Positions 20,166 to 30,400 of a stretch of DNA of 64,000 nucleotides are shown here, in pieces; within the stretch, counting starts at the first letter, position 1; each line of letters starts with the position of its first letter. The DNA comes from an uncultured bacterium (GTDB lineage: Bacteria; UBP4; UBA4092), in contig CAZXWN010000013.1 in NCBI GenBank assembly GCA_964644695.1, positions 1-64,000 on the forward strand, given 5' to 3'. The notes under the pieces are model-generated. The model did no database searches, was not told the origin of the DNA, and saw nothing but the letters and a program-made list of their open reading frames with translations. Position numbers and translations under genes: made by a program.

Positions 20166-21296
20166 TTATTCAAGTGCCTGATCCAAATCCGCAATCAGGT
20201 CATCAATATGCTCTATTCCAACTGACAACCGAATCAGGTTGTCTTTGATTCCTCGTAAAGCCCGTTCCTGAGGACTTAATGAACCATGGGTCATTGCCGG
20301 AGGATAACAGGCTAACGATTCTACGCCGCCCAAACTCTCCGCCAAAATAAACACTTTGATTCGCTTAAAAAATCGCTCCGCAGCTTTCTTGCCGCCTTTT
20401 ATTTCAAAACTTACCATACCGCCAAATCCGCTCATTTGTTTCTTCGCTAAATGATAATCTGGCGATTTCTTCAAACCAGGATAATAAACCTGTTCCACTT
20501 TGGGATGGCTTTCCAAAAATTCGGCGACCTCTTTGGCATTCCGGCAATGCTCTCTCATTCGCACGGACAGCGTCTTGATTCCCCGCAAGGTCAGCCAGCA
20601 ATCCCACGGTGCAGGAACAGAACCTGCCGCATTTTGCAGAAACTTCACTTTCTTGTAAATGTCTTCATTATTCGTTAAAACAGCTCCGCCGATTACATCA
20701 CTGTGCCCAGCCAGATATTTTGTCGTACTGTGAACCACAATATCCGCACCCAGTGATAACGGACTCTGTAAATAGGGCGTGGCAAAAGTATTGTCCACCA
20801 CGACCGGAATTTTATGTTTTTGGGCAATAACAGAAATCTTCTCAATATCAGCGATTTTCAATAATGGATTGGTCGGAGTCTCCAGCCAGATGAGGCCGGT
20901 ATCCTTCCTGATTTTTTTCTCAAGGGTCTTTACATCTCCTGCATATTCCGTATTCACACCCCACGGACGATACACCTGTTCTAATAATCGGAAAGTACCG
21001 CCATATAAATCGTCCCAGCAAACCACATGAGCCCCCGGTTTCAAAGTCCTTATGACCACATCGATCGCAGCCATCCCGGAAGCAAAGGCTAATCCATACT
21101 CTGCCCCTTCCAGTGAAGCCAGGGCATCTTCCAAAGCCTTCCGGGTTGGATTCCCTGTCCGTGAATATTCAAACCCACGGTCTTTCCCTATCCCATCCTG
21201 CTCATAGGTTGATGTCTGATAAACGGGGACAATCACTGCCCCTGTTCTGGGGTCTGACGGTTGCCCCTTATGAATTGCTCGGGTTTCAAACTTCAT
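20166..21296 (-). CDS. Cystathionine gamma-lyase/gamma-synthase
   Basis: YSRTGNPT, ETPTNP, DNTFATP, HSTTKYLAGHSD, AESLGGVES; coupled to cbs. Confidence 0.92.
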   Translation of the reverse strand: MKFETRAIHKGQPSDPRTGAVIVPVYQTSTYEQDGIGKDRGFEYSRTGNPTRKALEDALASLEGAEYGLAFASGMAAIDVVIRTLKPGAHVVCWDDLYGGTFRLLEQVYRPWGVNTEYAGDVKTLEKKIRKDTGLIWLETPTNPLLKIADIEKISVIAQKHKIPVVVDNTFATPYLQSPLSLGADIVVHSTTKYLAGHSDVIGGAVLTNNEDIYKKVKFLQNAAGSVPAPWDCWLTLRGIKTLSVRMREHCRNAKEVAEFLESHPKVEQVYYPGLKKSPDYHLAKKQMSGFGGMVSFEIKGGKKAAERFFKRIKVFILAESLGGVESLACYPPAMTHGSLSPQERALRGIKDNLIRLSVGIEHIDDLIADLDQALE

Positions 21297-22665
21297 AAGA
21301 TATGGACTCCTTATCTATAACTTGATAATTGATTAAATCCATCCGGGTAACAATTCCGCTGGGAATCCCGGCCTTTAATACAATAATACCCGAGTGGCCG
21401 GATAATAGCACCCGATATGCTTCAGAAACATCTACGGATTCATCCAGTACCGGAAGGGGTTTTCCCATGACGGCCTGTACCTGTTGATTCTTGAAGTCCA
21501 GTCCATTATATAACCCTTGCATTAAGGAGGACTCTGTCAACGACCCTACTGGAACATTCTTATCCAATACCGGGATTTGTGAAATACTGAAATCATGCAT
21601 CAGTTTCACGGCTTTTTTCAGTCGGTCCTGTGGATGAACAGCGATTAAAGTCTGTACCCCTGTCCGTTTATCTAAGATGGTTTTCAACGGGATTTCGGGA
21701 TGTTCCGTATCTTCCCAAAAACCATTTTCCCGCATCCATTTATCATTAAAGATTTTGCCCAGGTAATTCCTTCCAGTATCCGGCAAAATAACCACAATGT
21801 ACTTGGGACTGGTCAGTCTTCGTGCATACTTGATGGCCGCCGCCACCGCCGTGCCAGATGAACCTCCCGCCAGAATACCTTCCTTACGAGCAAGCTGTCG
21901 GGCCATTTGAAAGGATTCCTTATCACTGACCCTGACCATGTCATCTACTAACTGACGATTGAATGTCCGCGGTATGAAATCCTCCCCGATTCCTTCCACC
22001 TTATAAGAACGAGGCGAATCTCCCGAAAGTATCGACCCTTCCGGATCCGCACCAACAACAATCAAATTCGGATTTTTCTCCTTCAGGTATTGAGCCGTCC
22101 CTGAAATAGTTCCGCCCGTTCCCATGCCTGCCACCAACACCTCCACCTGTCCATTAGATGCCTCCCATATCTCCGGACCTGTCGTTCGGTAATGGACCTT
22201 TGGATTGTTTGGATTGAAGAACTGATTGGGACGGAAAGCTCCTGGGATTTCACGCGCCAGCCTGTCAGCCACCCCGTTATAACTTTCTGGGGAATCGGGA
22301 GCCACCGAGGTCGGAGTAATGACCACTTCCGCGCCATAGGCTTTCAAAAGATTGACCTTATCACTGCTCATTTTATCCGGCATCACAAAGATACACCGAT
22401 ACCCTTTGACTGCGGCAGCCTGGGCCAATCCTACTCCTGTATTCCCTGCGGTGGCTTCGATGATTGTACTTCCCGGCCAGAGTAGTCCTTCCATCTCAGC
22501 CGCCTCTATCATGGCAAGGCCGACCCGGTCTTTACTACTTCCCCCGGGATTGAGGGATTCCACTTTGGCATATATCTGAGAACTGACACCTTCCCCGACT
22601 TTTTGTAACTGGACCAGCGGGGTGTTGCCAATCGCTTCTAATATGGTGGTGATTGCTTTACTCAT
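21286..22665 (-). CDS. cbs: Cystathionine beta-synthase with C-terminal CBS domains
   Basis: NPGGSSKDR, EATAGNTG, GMGTGGT, YKVEGIGEDF, CBS pair. Confidence 0.92.
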   Translation of the reverse strand: MSKAITTILEAIGNTPLVQLQKVGEGVSSQIYAKVESLNPGGSSKDRVGLAMIEAAEMEGLLWPGSTIIEATAGNTGVGLAQAAAVKGYRCIFVMPDKMSSDKVNLLKAYGAEVVITPTSVAPDSPESYNGVADRLAREIPGAFRPNQFFNPNNPKVHYRTTGPEIWEASNGQVEVLVAGMGTGGTISGTAQYLKEKNPNLIVVGADPEGSILSGDSPRSYKVEGIGEDFIPRTFNRQLVDDMVRVSDKESFQMARQLARKEGILAGGSSGTAVAAAIKYARRLTSPKYIVVILPDTGRNYLGKIFNDKWMRENGFWEDTEHPEIPLKTILDKRTGVQTLIAVHPQDRLKKAVKLMHDFSISQIPVLDKNVPVGSLTESSLMQGLYNGLDFKNQQVQAVMGKPLPVLDESVDVSEAYRVLLSGHSGIIVLKAGIPSGIVTRMDLINYQVIDKESISYEV

Positions 22666-22729
22666 TTTTTATCCTTATTGAAAGTTGAGAGACTGTCAGA
22701 TGAGACAGTCTCCCAATTCACAGTTGGAC

Positions 22730-24025
22730 TTAGGAGATGGCCGTCTGTAAGGCCTGATCTAAATCCGCTTTGATGTCTTCTATACTTTCCAACCCGATGG
22801 AGAGCCGGATGTAATCCGGAGTAACTCCTGTACGGGCCTGCTCTTCCTCAGTCAGCTGAGCGTGGGTAGTGGATGCCGGATGAATCACCAGACTCTTGGC
22901 ATCACCGATATTGGCAAGGTGAGAGAAAAGTTTTACATTGTTGATGAATTTCTTCCCTGCCTCTAAACCACCCTTGATCCCAAATCCAACCAATCCACCA
23001 AAACCGCCGTGGAGATACTGTTTCGCTGTCTCATGGGAGGGATGATTATCCAATCCGGGATAATTGACCCAGGCAACTGCGGGATGGACCGACAGGAATC
23101 GGGCGACCGCTAAAGCATTTTCCGAATGTCTCTGTATCCGCAACGGCAATGTCTCTAATCCCTGTAAGAGCTGCCATGAAGCAAACGGCGAGGGAGAGAA
23201 ACCAACATCCCGTAACCATTGCACCCGAAGCTTGAAGATAAAGGCTACATTTCCTAATCCCGGAAAATCTTTGAAGGTATCCCAGAACTTTAATCCATGG
23301 TAGCTCGGGTCTGGTTCTGTAAATTCGGGGAAATTGCCGTTACCCCAGTTAAACTTTCCGCCATCGACGACCGCACCACCAACCACGGTCCCATGTCCAC
23401 CCACGTACTTGGTCGCCGACAACACTACGATGTCCGCACCATGTTTGATGGGTTGTACCAGTCCGACTCCGACCGTATTGTCCACCACAAAAGGAATCTT
23501 GTGAGCATGGGCAATATCCGCAATGGTTTCAAAGTCGGGGATATCCAGTTTGGGATTACCTACGGTCTCCGCATAAAATGCTCTGGTCTTGGGAGTGATG
23601 GCTTTTCGGAAAGACTCTGGATTGGTTGAGTCAACAAAGATGACCTTACGCCCCAGTTTCGGGAAGGTGTAGTGGAATAACTGATACGACCCGCCGTATA
23701 AATTGTTGGCAGAGACGATTTCATCTCCCGGTTGAGTGATATTTAAGAGTGCGAAGGTAACCGCCGCTGCACCTGAGGAAACACCCAAGGCTCCTGTGCC
23801 CCCCTCAATGGCTGCAATGCGCTGTTCAAACACATCGGTGGTGGGGTTCATTATCCTGGAGTAGATATATCCAAGTTCTTTTAGTCCAAACAAATTGGCG
23901 GCATGTTCTGTATTTTTGAAGACATAACTGCTGGTCAGATAAACCGGTACTCCACGACTTCCGGTGGCGGGGTCAACTTGTTGACCGGCATGTAATGAAA
24001 TGGTTTCGAATCCTTGATTTGACAT
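22730..24025 (-). CDS. metY: O-acetylhomoserine aminocarboxypropyltransferase
   Basis: IYSRIMNPT, SATKYVGGHG, HLANIGDAKSLVIHPASTTH. Confidence 0.93.
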   Translation of the reverse strand: MSNQGFETISLHAGQQVDPATGSRGVPVYLTSSYVFKNTEHAANLFGLKELGYIYSRIMNPTTDVFEQRIAAIEGGTGALGVSSGAAAVTFALLNITQPGDEIVSANNLYGGSYQLFHYTFPKLGRKVIFVDSTNPESFRKAITPKTRAFYAETVGNPKLDIPDFETIADIAHAHKIPFVVDNTVGVGLVQPIKHGADIVVLSATKYVGGHGTVVGGAVVDGGKFNWGNGNFPEFTEPDPSYHGLKFWDTFKDFPGLGNVAFIFKLRVQWLRDVGFSPSPFASWQLLQGLETLPLRIQRHSENALAVARFLSVHPAVAWVNYPGLDNHPSHETAKQYLHGGFGGLVGFGIKGGLEAGKKFINNVKLFSHLANIGDAKSLVIHPASTTHAQLTEEEQARTGVTPDYIRLSIGLESIEDIKADLDQALQTAIS

Positions 24026-24061
24026 GTTCTTTTCTCCTTAGGGTCTTAGGTTGATTTTTGA

Positions 24062-24916
24062 TTAGAATTTGTATTGAGCACTCAGAACGAAACCGTCGCC
24101 CAATCCGACCTTACTCGTTGACTTCTCATCACCGGCATTCACATAGGCGGCAATGATGGATAAATTATTGTTCGGGAAAAACACTACATGCGCATCCCAG
24201 TAGTCCGCATCTTTATAACTGCCAAAGTCTGCCCCCTGTTTATATTCTGCACCAATCGCGACTTTCGGGTGCAACACAACATCCACATTACCGAAAAGGG
24301 TCACATCCCGATCATCATCGTAACCAAACACACCCGTGGCCCGTGCATCCGTAGATAAAACACCTCCTGATATCACGACCGGTTTCGGAGTTTGTGTGAT
24401 GAGTTTGGTAGCCACCAGGTAAAAGTCTGAACCTGTATCATCAACACCAGCGCCAGTGTCAGAGGTTTTCTTCAAAATGGCACCAACGGAAACGGCCGGT
24501 ACAAACGGACTGTCCCATTCATTTTCTTTTATCAATAACAGTTTGGCACCGAAATTGTCCTTATTAATGCTGGGACCATAGGCCGGAGAGATAACTTCAT
24601 GGCCGTATGACAGTTCTAATCGTTTAAACAGGGTTTCCGAAACACCAAACGCTGTCCAGTTTACATCCACATCCCCAAGGTTTACATACCAGGCACCAAA
24701 CTGTGGTTTAGAGAAAATGTTTTCGGGTTTAAAAATCTCATCGGTTGAGGTTTTATCCGTATTCCAGGCGTTTCCGGAGGGATAGGCCAGGGGGTTAAAT
24801 GCGGCACCGCCTACACCTTGAAGATTGTTAAAGGGCAAGTCGGCCTGAGCAATCCCTGCCAGAAGTAATGCCGTGGTGACAAAAAGTCCTGCTATTTTTA
24901 TGTTTAAGGTTTTCAT
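24062..24916 (-). CDS. DUF3034-like outer-membrane beta-barrel protein
   Basis: Signal peptide, LQGVGGAAFNPLAY, amphipathic strands, C-terminal LSAQYKF. Confidence 0.75.
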   Translation of the reverse strand: MKTLNIKIAGLFVTTALLLAGIAQADLPFNNLQGVGGAAFNPLAYPSGNAWNTDKTSTDEIFKPENIFSKPQFGAWYVNLGDVDVNWTAFGVSETLFKRLELSYGHEVISPAYGPSINKDNFGAKLLLIKENEWDSPFVPAVSVGAILKKTSDTGAGVDDTGSDFYLVATKLITQTPKPVVISGGVLSTDARATGVFGYDDDRDVTLFGNVDVVLHPKVAIGAEYKQGADFGSYKDADYWDAHVVFFPNNNLSIIAAYVNAGDEKSTSKVGLGDGFVLSAQYKF

Positions 24917-25212
24917 GTTATTTTTTCCTCTCTTTTTTGGGTACCGGATATCCATTCCGGTATAGGTTGTTTTTTAAGAGAGGGAACACCCTGATGATTC
25001 TCTGGTCCTGGGAACCTCATCCCGTCTGGTATTATTCTGTAACAGTCGGGAGTGGCTGTTTGATTCCCTGAAAGAAGGGTTATTTTTCGAATAGGCTTCT
25101 TTCCTGGACTGGGGTTCCGTCTCTATCTAGTGATAGGGTTTGGAATCCTTTGAGTTTCCCTGTTTTCTTGTTTATCCCCGGAAACTCTTCTGAATCTGAT
25201 GACCCGCGGCAG

Positions 25213-25665
25213 TTAGATGTAGTACATTGGGGCGCTGGCGGGGGGTATGGAGGGTGCGCTGATCGGCGTGACATCGGCGAGATTCGTTGTTTCGAGGATC
25301 CCGGCCACGGCGTCCCGCACCCGTCTCATTACCATCTGGAATCTACACATGGATTCCTCGGGACACGGGATATACTGACCTACGCTGACACAACCGAGTG
25401 GTGCCAGGGAGCCCTCGAACAAACGTATTACTTCACCAAAGGTGATTTTCTCCGGAGAACGGGATAAACGATATCCCCCATGAATTCCGGAGCGAGAAAC
25501 GACTACGCCACCATTTTTTAAATCACGTAAAATCTGTTCCAGAAACTTTTCCGGAATACGGTGGCGGGATGCGATTTCACGAGTCTGGACCAGACGGACA
25601 TTATAGTTCTCTGCCAAGTCGGTCAATGCTCGTAAGGCGTAATCACTCTTCGCGGATAATCGCAT
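25213..25665 (-). CDS. Rrf2 family transcriptional regulator (CymR-like)
   Basis: LSAKSDYALRAL, KFLEQIL, SRSGIHGGY; C-terminal MYYI; heads the sulfur operon. Confidence 0.9.
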   Translation of the reverse strand: MRLSAKSDYALRALTDLAENYNVRLVQTREIASRHRIPEKFLEQILRDLKNGGVVVSRSGIHGGYRLSRSPEKITFGEVIRLFEGSLAPLGCVSVGQYIPCPEESMCRFQMVMRRVRDAVAGILETTNLADVTPISAPSIPPASAPMYYI

Positions 25666-25693
25666 CCTTGTTTCTCCTTTCTTCAGTTTTCGG

Positions 25694-25749
25694 TAATACT
25701 ATCAATCGCCGATAGGATTAGTATACTTTAACTCCGAATCACTTTGCAA
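25694..25749 (-). promoter_or_regulatory. Sigma70-type promoter (TTGCAA-18-TATACT) with adjacent 27-bp palindromic operator
   Basis: TAATACTATC-N7-GATAGGATTA at 25694-25720 immediately downstream of the -10 box. Confidence 0.7.
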
Positions 25750-25852
25750 CCCCTTTTTTTACTCTTTTTTGAAAAATTTTTACAAATCACAATAAACCAT
25801 TGAAAAAATGTGACTTAGCCTGCAAATATCCCCCTTTTCACCTCCCCCTCGC

Positions 25853-25874
25853 AAACGAACCATATACGAAGGGG
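25853..25874 (-). repeat. Dispersed 22-bp motif, copy 3 (degenerate 5' end)
   Basis: Reverse complement CCCCTTCGTATATGGTTCGTTT. Confidence 0.65.
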
Positions 25875-26081
25875 AAACGACCACCCCATAATTTACCCCA
25901 TCCCCAAATCAAACAGACCCTTGTCTCCACAATTTTGAAATAGAGTTTTAATAGATAACCCTGACAAAATTATTATTTGCGCCTGTATCAGAATGATGTC
26001 AACACATTTTCATGAATAGATGTACTATCTAAATAGTGGGTTTTACTTATCACAATTCATAAATGATTGGGGTAATAACAA

Positions 26082-27197
26082 ATGCGTCTCAAAATCCTGT
26101 ATTCCCTCAGTGTCATTATTCTTTTTGCTTTTCATTCATCCTGGGCAGCCACAAAAGAGGAGCTGTTTATCGAGGTAAACAACGGACAAACAGCCAATTT
26201 GGGCCTGATTAAGGATGGTCAGGGCACGGTAACGGAAGAAACAATACCAACCGATTCATCCAAGCCCTCTGTGTCTAAACAGTTTGCCTGGACACTGGTC
26301 GGTGACAAGGGAAAGTTAAAAATGAATTATAAGTACCAGTTGAAAGACAAAATCCTGAGTCAGGGCAATTCCATTCAAATATGGAATCCAGAGTTTAAGG
26401 TAAATAATGTCGATAATGATGTTGTCGAGATTGATAATCCTTCCAACGATACCCACTGGCTGACGTTTAAGCCTTTGGGATATGGCGTATCTTTCGCAGG
26501 AATGACACTCACCGAATTTGAGACTTTCTTGTTCTCAAATGCCGGCTCCATTGAATCAATCAAAGAAGAAATGACCAATGGAAAAAGAATGATTGTTCTT
26601 ACCCGGGTGATGTCAGATTCAAACTATATGACCTTCTGGATTGACCCAGCCCAAGGATACTGTATTGTAAAAGAAGAAGCTCGGTTTAATGAAGACCCAC
26701 CTTATTTAACAGGTGAGTACACCTATAAGAAATATCCTGTTGCCGGCACTTCACAGGCGATTTGGTATCCAACCGTCCTTAAAACAACCTCTTTTGATGA
26801 AAAAAGAAATATAACCGAAACAATGACACGCCTTTTCACTAATACCCGATTCAATCTTTCCCTGCCTGAATCAGAAGCTGACGAAAAATGGAAACCAGGT
26901 GCTATGCTCAAAGACTCAAGAACTAACCCTCCCAATGTCTATACCATCAAAAACCCTGCCACCACCGCTGAGATCCTGAATGGCCAGGAAGCCAAAGTCG
27001 CATTAACCCCTGGAAAGGATAGTATTACAGTTACCACCCTTCCCAATGGACAAACAGTTATAACCAAAGGGATCCCTGATACCCAGAATACAAAAACGAA
27101 GAACAATAATACCCTATTTTGGATAATTGGGGGCGTTCTAGTTATTAGTGGCCTGCTGGGTGGGTTTATATTAAGAAAACGTAAAAAAACGGCTTAA
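26082..27197 (+). CDS. Exported protein with LolA-like beta-rich domain and C-terminal TM + basic tail
   Basis: Signal peptide; TFWIDPAQGY..IWYP pattern; ends LFWIIGGVLVISGLLGGFILRKRKKTA. Confidence 0.65.
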   Translation: MRLKILYSLSVIILFAFHSSWAATKEELFIEVNNGQTANLGLIKDGQGTVTEETIPTDSSKPSVSKQFAWTLVGDKGKLKMNYKYQLKDKILSQGNSIQIWNPEFKVNNVDNDVVEIDNPSNDTHWLTFKPLGYGVSFAGMTLTEFETFLFSNAGSIESIKEEMTNGKRMIVLTRVMSDSNYMTFWIDPAQGYCIVKEEARFNEDPPYLTGEYTYKKYPVAGTSQAIWYPTVLKTTSFDEKRNITETMTRLFTNTRFNLSLPESEADEKWKPGAMLKDSRTNPPNVYTIKNPATTAEILNGQEAKVALTPGKDSITVTTLPNGQTVITKGIPDTQNTKTKNNNTLFWIIGGVLVISGLLGGFILRKRKKTA

Positions 27198-27220
27198 CTT
27201 TTAGACTGTAAACTGTTTTC

Positions 27221-27254
27221 AAAACCACTGACTCTACAAAGAGTCGGTGGTTTT
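27221..27254 (+). terminator. Intrinsic terminator
   Basis: AAAACCACTGACTCT..AGAGTCGGTGGTTTT. Confidence 0.8.
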
Positions 27255-27405
27255 CTTATTCATTTAGCTATTAATACAATTCATTACTAGATTTATGTGT
27301 GATTCATAGTAAAAAGAGCTACATTTCAAACATTGACCCAAGAGCCTTGATGGGGGATAATTTGGAACAGATTACCCTTAATAATTAGCGGGATGGAGTA
27401 TATAA

Positions 27406-30400
27406 ATGCGTTCAAAATGGATGACTTTGTTATTTGCAGTACTGTGTTTAACCTCAATTGTCTCACTGGCTTCCGCCAGTAATTCTTCCTATGTGGCCGA
27501 TAATATGCAGGCCATCAGTCAGGCCCCCGGGAGTGGCAACTGTGCCGCTTTCAGTGATGGTTATGTCTGGTTGGGCCATGAGTCAGGATTAATGGTCTTT
27601 GATACCGACCCTATTACCAGTACCCATATTGTTAAAAACCACATCCTTCAGGCTCCCGTCAAAGGACTGGCTATCAGCGGCAACACTTTATTGATTGCGA
27701 CCGATGGCGATGGCCTTCACCTTTGGGATATCACCAACAATGAGGCCCCGGTGGTGAAGGGCCGGTTTGTTATTTCGGGCAGTGAGGCCGGCCGGCGGTA
27801 CATCGGTGTCAAAGTATTGGGGAATTATGCCTATCTACTCAATAACAATAACCAGGTGGTCATTGTAAATATCTCTACCCCAACCAATCCCGTCTATGTA
27901 GATACTGTTTCCTCTGCCAATATGACCCGTTTTGATATTGATACGGCGCGGGCTATCCTGGCCGGGACAAATAATAAGACTCTCCAAATATACAATCTTG
28001 CATCTCCTACAGTCCCCACCTTCACCTATCAGACGACTCTCTCCAATAACCTTTATGATGTCATCTTTAAGGGCAACTACCTGTATGTCGGCGGGGATAC
28101 TCAGGGTTTAATGGCGTGGAACCTGACCAACCTGAACACCCCCAGTATTGCCACCAGTTATAAGACTCCGGCCAATGCGCGCCTCATCTGTCTGGCCATG
28201 GGAACCAGTTTATTTGTCACCGGGAACTATTCGACCCCCTCAGTCCAACGCTTCAATATCCAGGGTTCATCTATCGCCAAACTTGGGCCTGGGATTGAGA
28301 TACCCGAGGGTCCCCAATCAGGTCTTTATGCCAATCAATCCGGTTTTCTCTTCCTGGCGCAGCAGGGAAAAGGCAATACCGTCATTGTCCCTAATAATGT
28401 TTACAAAATCTCCGGCTCCATCTGGGCTCCCTTCTCTGTCGTAACCATCTTACGGATGGCAGGGACCCCAAGCGCTGTGGCAGTCAGTGGGGATTATGGA
28501 TTCAGTAACGATGTTGATTATGGTGTGGATCCCGTAAACTTCACCGTACTATCTGTCCCCCAGCCGGGAACACAATACAAAAACAATCATCCGGGTCTCG
28601 ATTTAGCCAACTATGGGGCTTACCTCTATCAAACCAATACGGCCAAGCAGCTTCAGGTTTACGGTATCAGTGACCCCATGTCACCGTCTTCGGGTACTTC
28701 CCTGACTCTGACCAGCCCGGGGACCCGAATCAAAGTAAAAGACTCCTGGTTATATGTGGCCCTGAAAGAAGGATTGAAGACATATAATCTATCCAGTCCT
28801 TCCAATCCCTCCGCTTCCGGAACCTATACCGACTCACGCAACACCACGGCGCGTGCTCTGGCGGTCACAGATTCTTTTGCCTATCTAGCCAATGAAAATA
28901 ATGACCTGGTCATCGTTGATATTACTCAAAAGAATAATCCCTATGAACGGTGGCGGTATTCTTTTGGGTCCAATATGATTCGTGCGGCGGCTGGCCTGGG
29001 TGAATGGGTCTATCTGAAACAAGACCCCAACAAGCTCGTCATAGGACGATTTAATCCTTCGGTGGGCTTCAGTATCCTGACTTCTGTAACTGTGAATGGA
29101 TGGACTTCCGGTCCCGCAGACTTCAACTTCTATAATAATATACTCATCACCGCAGCGGATATGGATGGACTTCGGGCCTTCTCTTTAGGTCAGGACTCTG
29201 CCAGTCCGGTCCAAATCGCAGCTTATCAGCAGGAAAAAGGCTTCGACCGAGTCGTTGTAGCAAACAACCGATTCTATGCTTCCCGGGGGAATTCGGGGAT
29301 AACCGTCATTGAACCCCTGGGACCTGATGCCGACTTCACCGCTCAAACATATCTTAATCAGAGTGGACAAGCCGAACTGCGTTTCCTGCCCTTACAAAAA
29401 GGGTTTGGTGTTCCCACTACTTACGTTTGGGATACGGGTTCTGGTTATAATGTTACCGAATCCACTCCGACCCTGAATAAGACCTTCTCGTATTATGAAT
29501 CGATTGGTCTGATAGCCAAAACCACTCTTGGGGATGCCACGGTCCGTAAACAGGTTTATTGGAGTCGGAATCCTTTCCATGCCCCCAACCTTAAGATGTT
29601 TTTGGGGACAGGTTATTCTAACGCTTTCAACCTGAATCTATATCTGACTGAGAACCATCCCGGGTCTAACTGGACAGTGTTGCAGAACTTTAATAATTTG
29701 GCTTCCGTTGACCCGGAAACCGGTATTGTTTCCCAGCAGGCATACAGTCAACCCACATCAGGATTGAATCTGTTCTCCACTGTAGTCTCCACAGATACCA
29801 AGATAGAAGCCACCTTATACTCCAGTTATTTCAAGTATGCTTCTACCTTAATGGAACAACTTCCGACTTACGGATTTAATTCCGGAGTACCTTTCCTGGT
29901 GGACCTGCGGCAGTATGTCAAAGATTCCAGCGGTCTGGTGAATCCCGGCAGTTTTACATCTGAAGAGTCTCTCCTCAGACCCGGGGGAGCCGGTTATGAC
30001 AATTACACCTGCCGGTGGGTTTCTCCGGGGGTCGTCGAGGTAACCGCTACCGATAAGTATTCTCACGAAATCAGACTAGTGGCTTCTAAGGATAGTACTG
30101 CACCCTTTGAAGACCAGGACCAGGAATCTTTTTATATCTCCCCGAATCTGTTACCGGGGGGGCAGTGTTTAAGTTATACCCAGATTACGGCTACCTGGGC
30201 AACCGAAGGTATGGCGGGACTGACAATTCCCACCGTCGGGTATGAACCAGATTACTCAGACAGCACCGGCGATGTCCGGACGAACTCCATGTCCTTCGTG
30301 TTCAGTGGAGAACAGCAGGGCGCCAAACTCACCTCCCGATTTGATCAGATGATCCCCGGAGCCGCCAGTCAGTGGTTCAAACTTCGGGCTGAAGTGTGTG

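Noticed and set aside
19534-20181. Long antisense ORFs (also 14233-14919, 57153-57680, 62312-62779 and similar)
   Set aside because: Shadow frames of well-supported genes on the opposite strand.
24917-25212. SAM-I riboswitch or T-box upstream of the met/cys genes
   Set aside because: The conserved core motifs are not visible on the minus strand.
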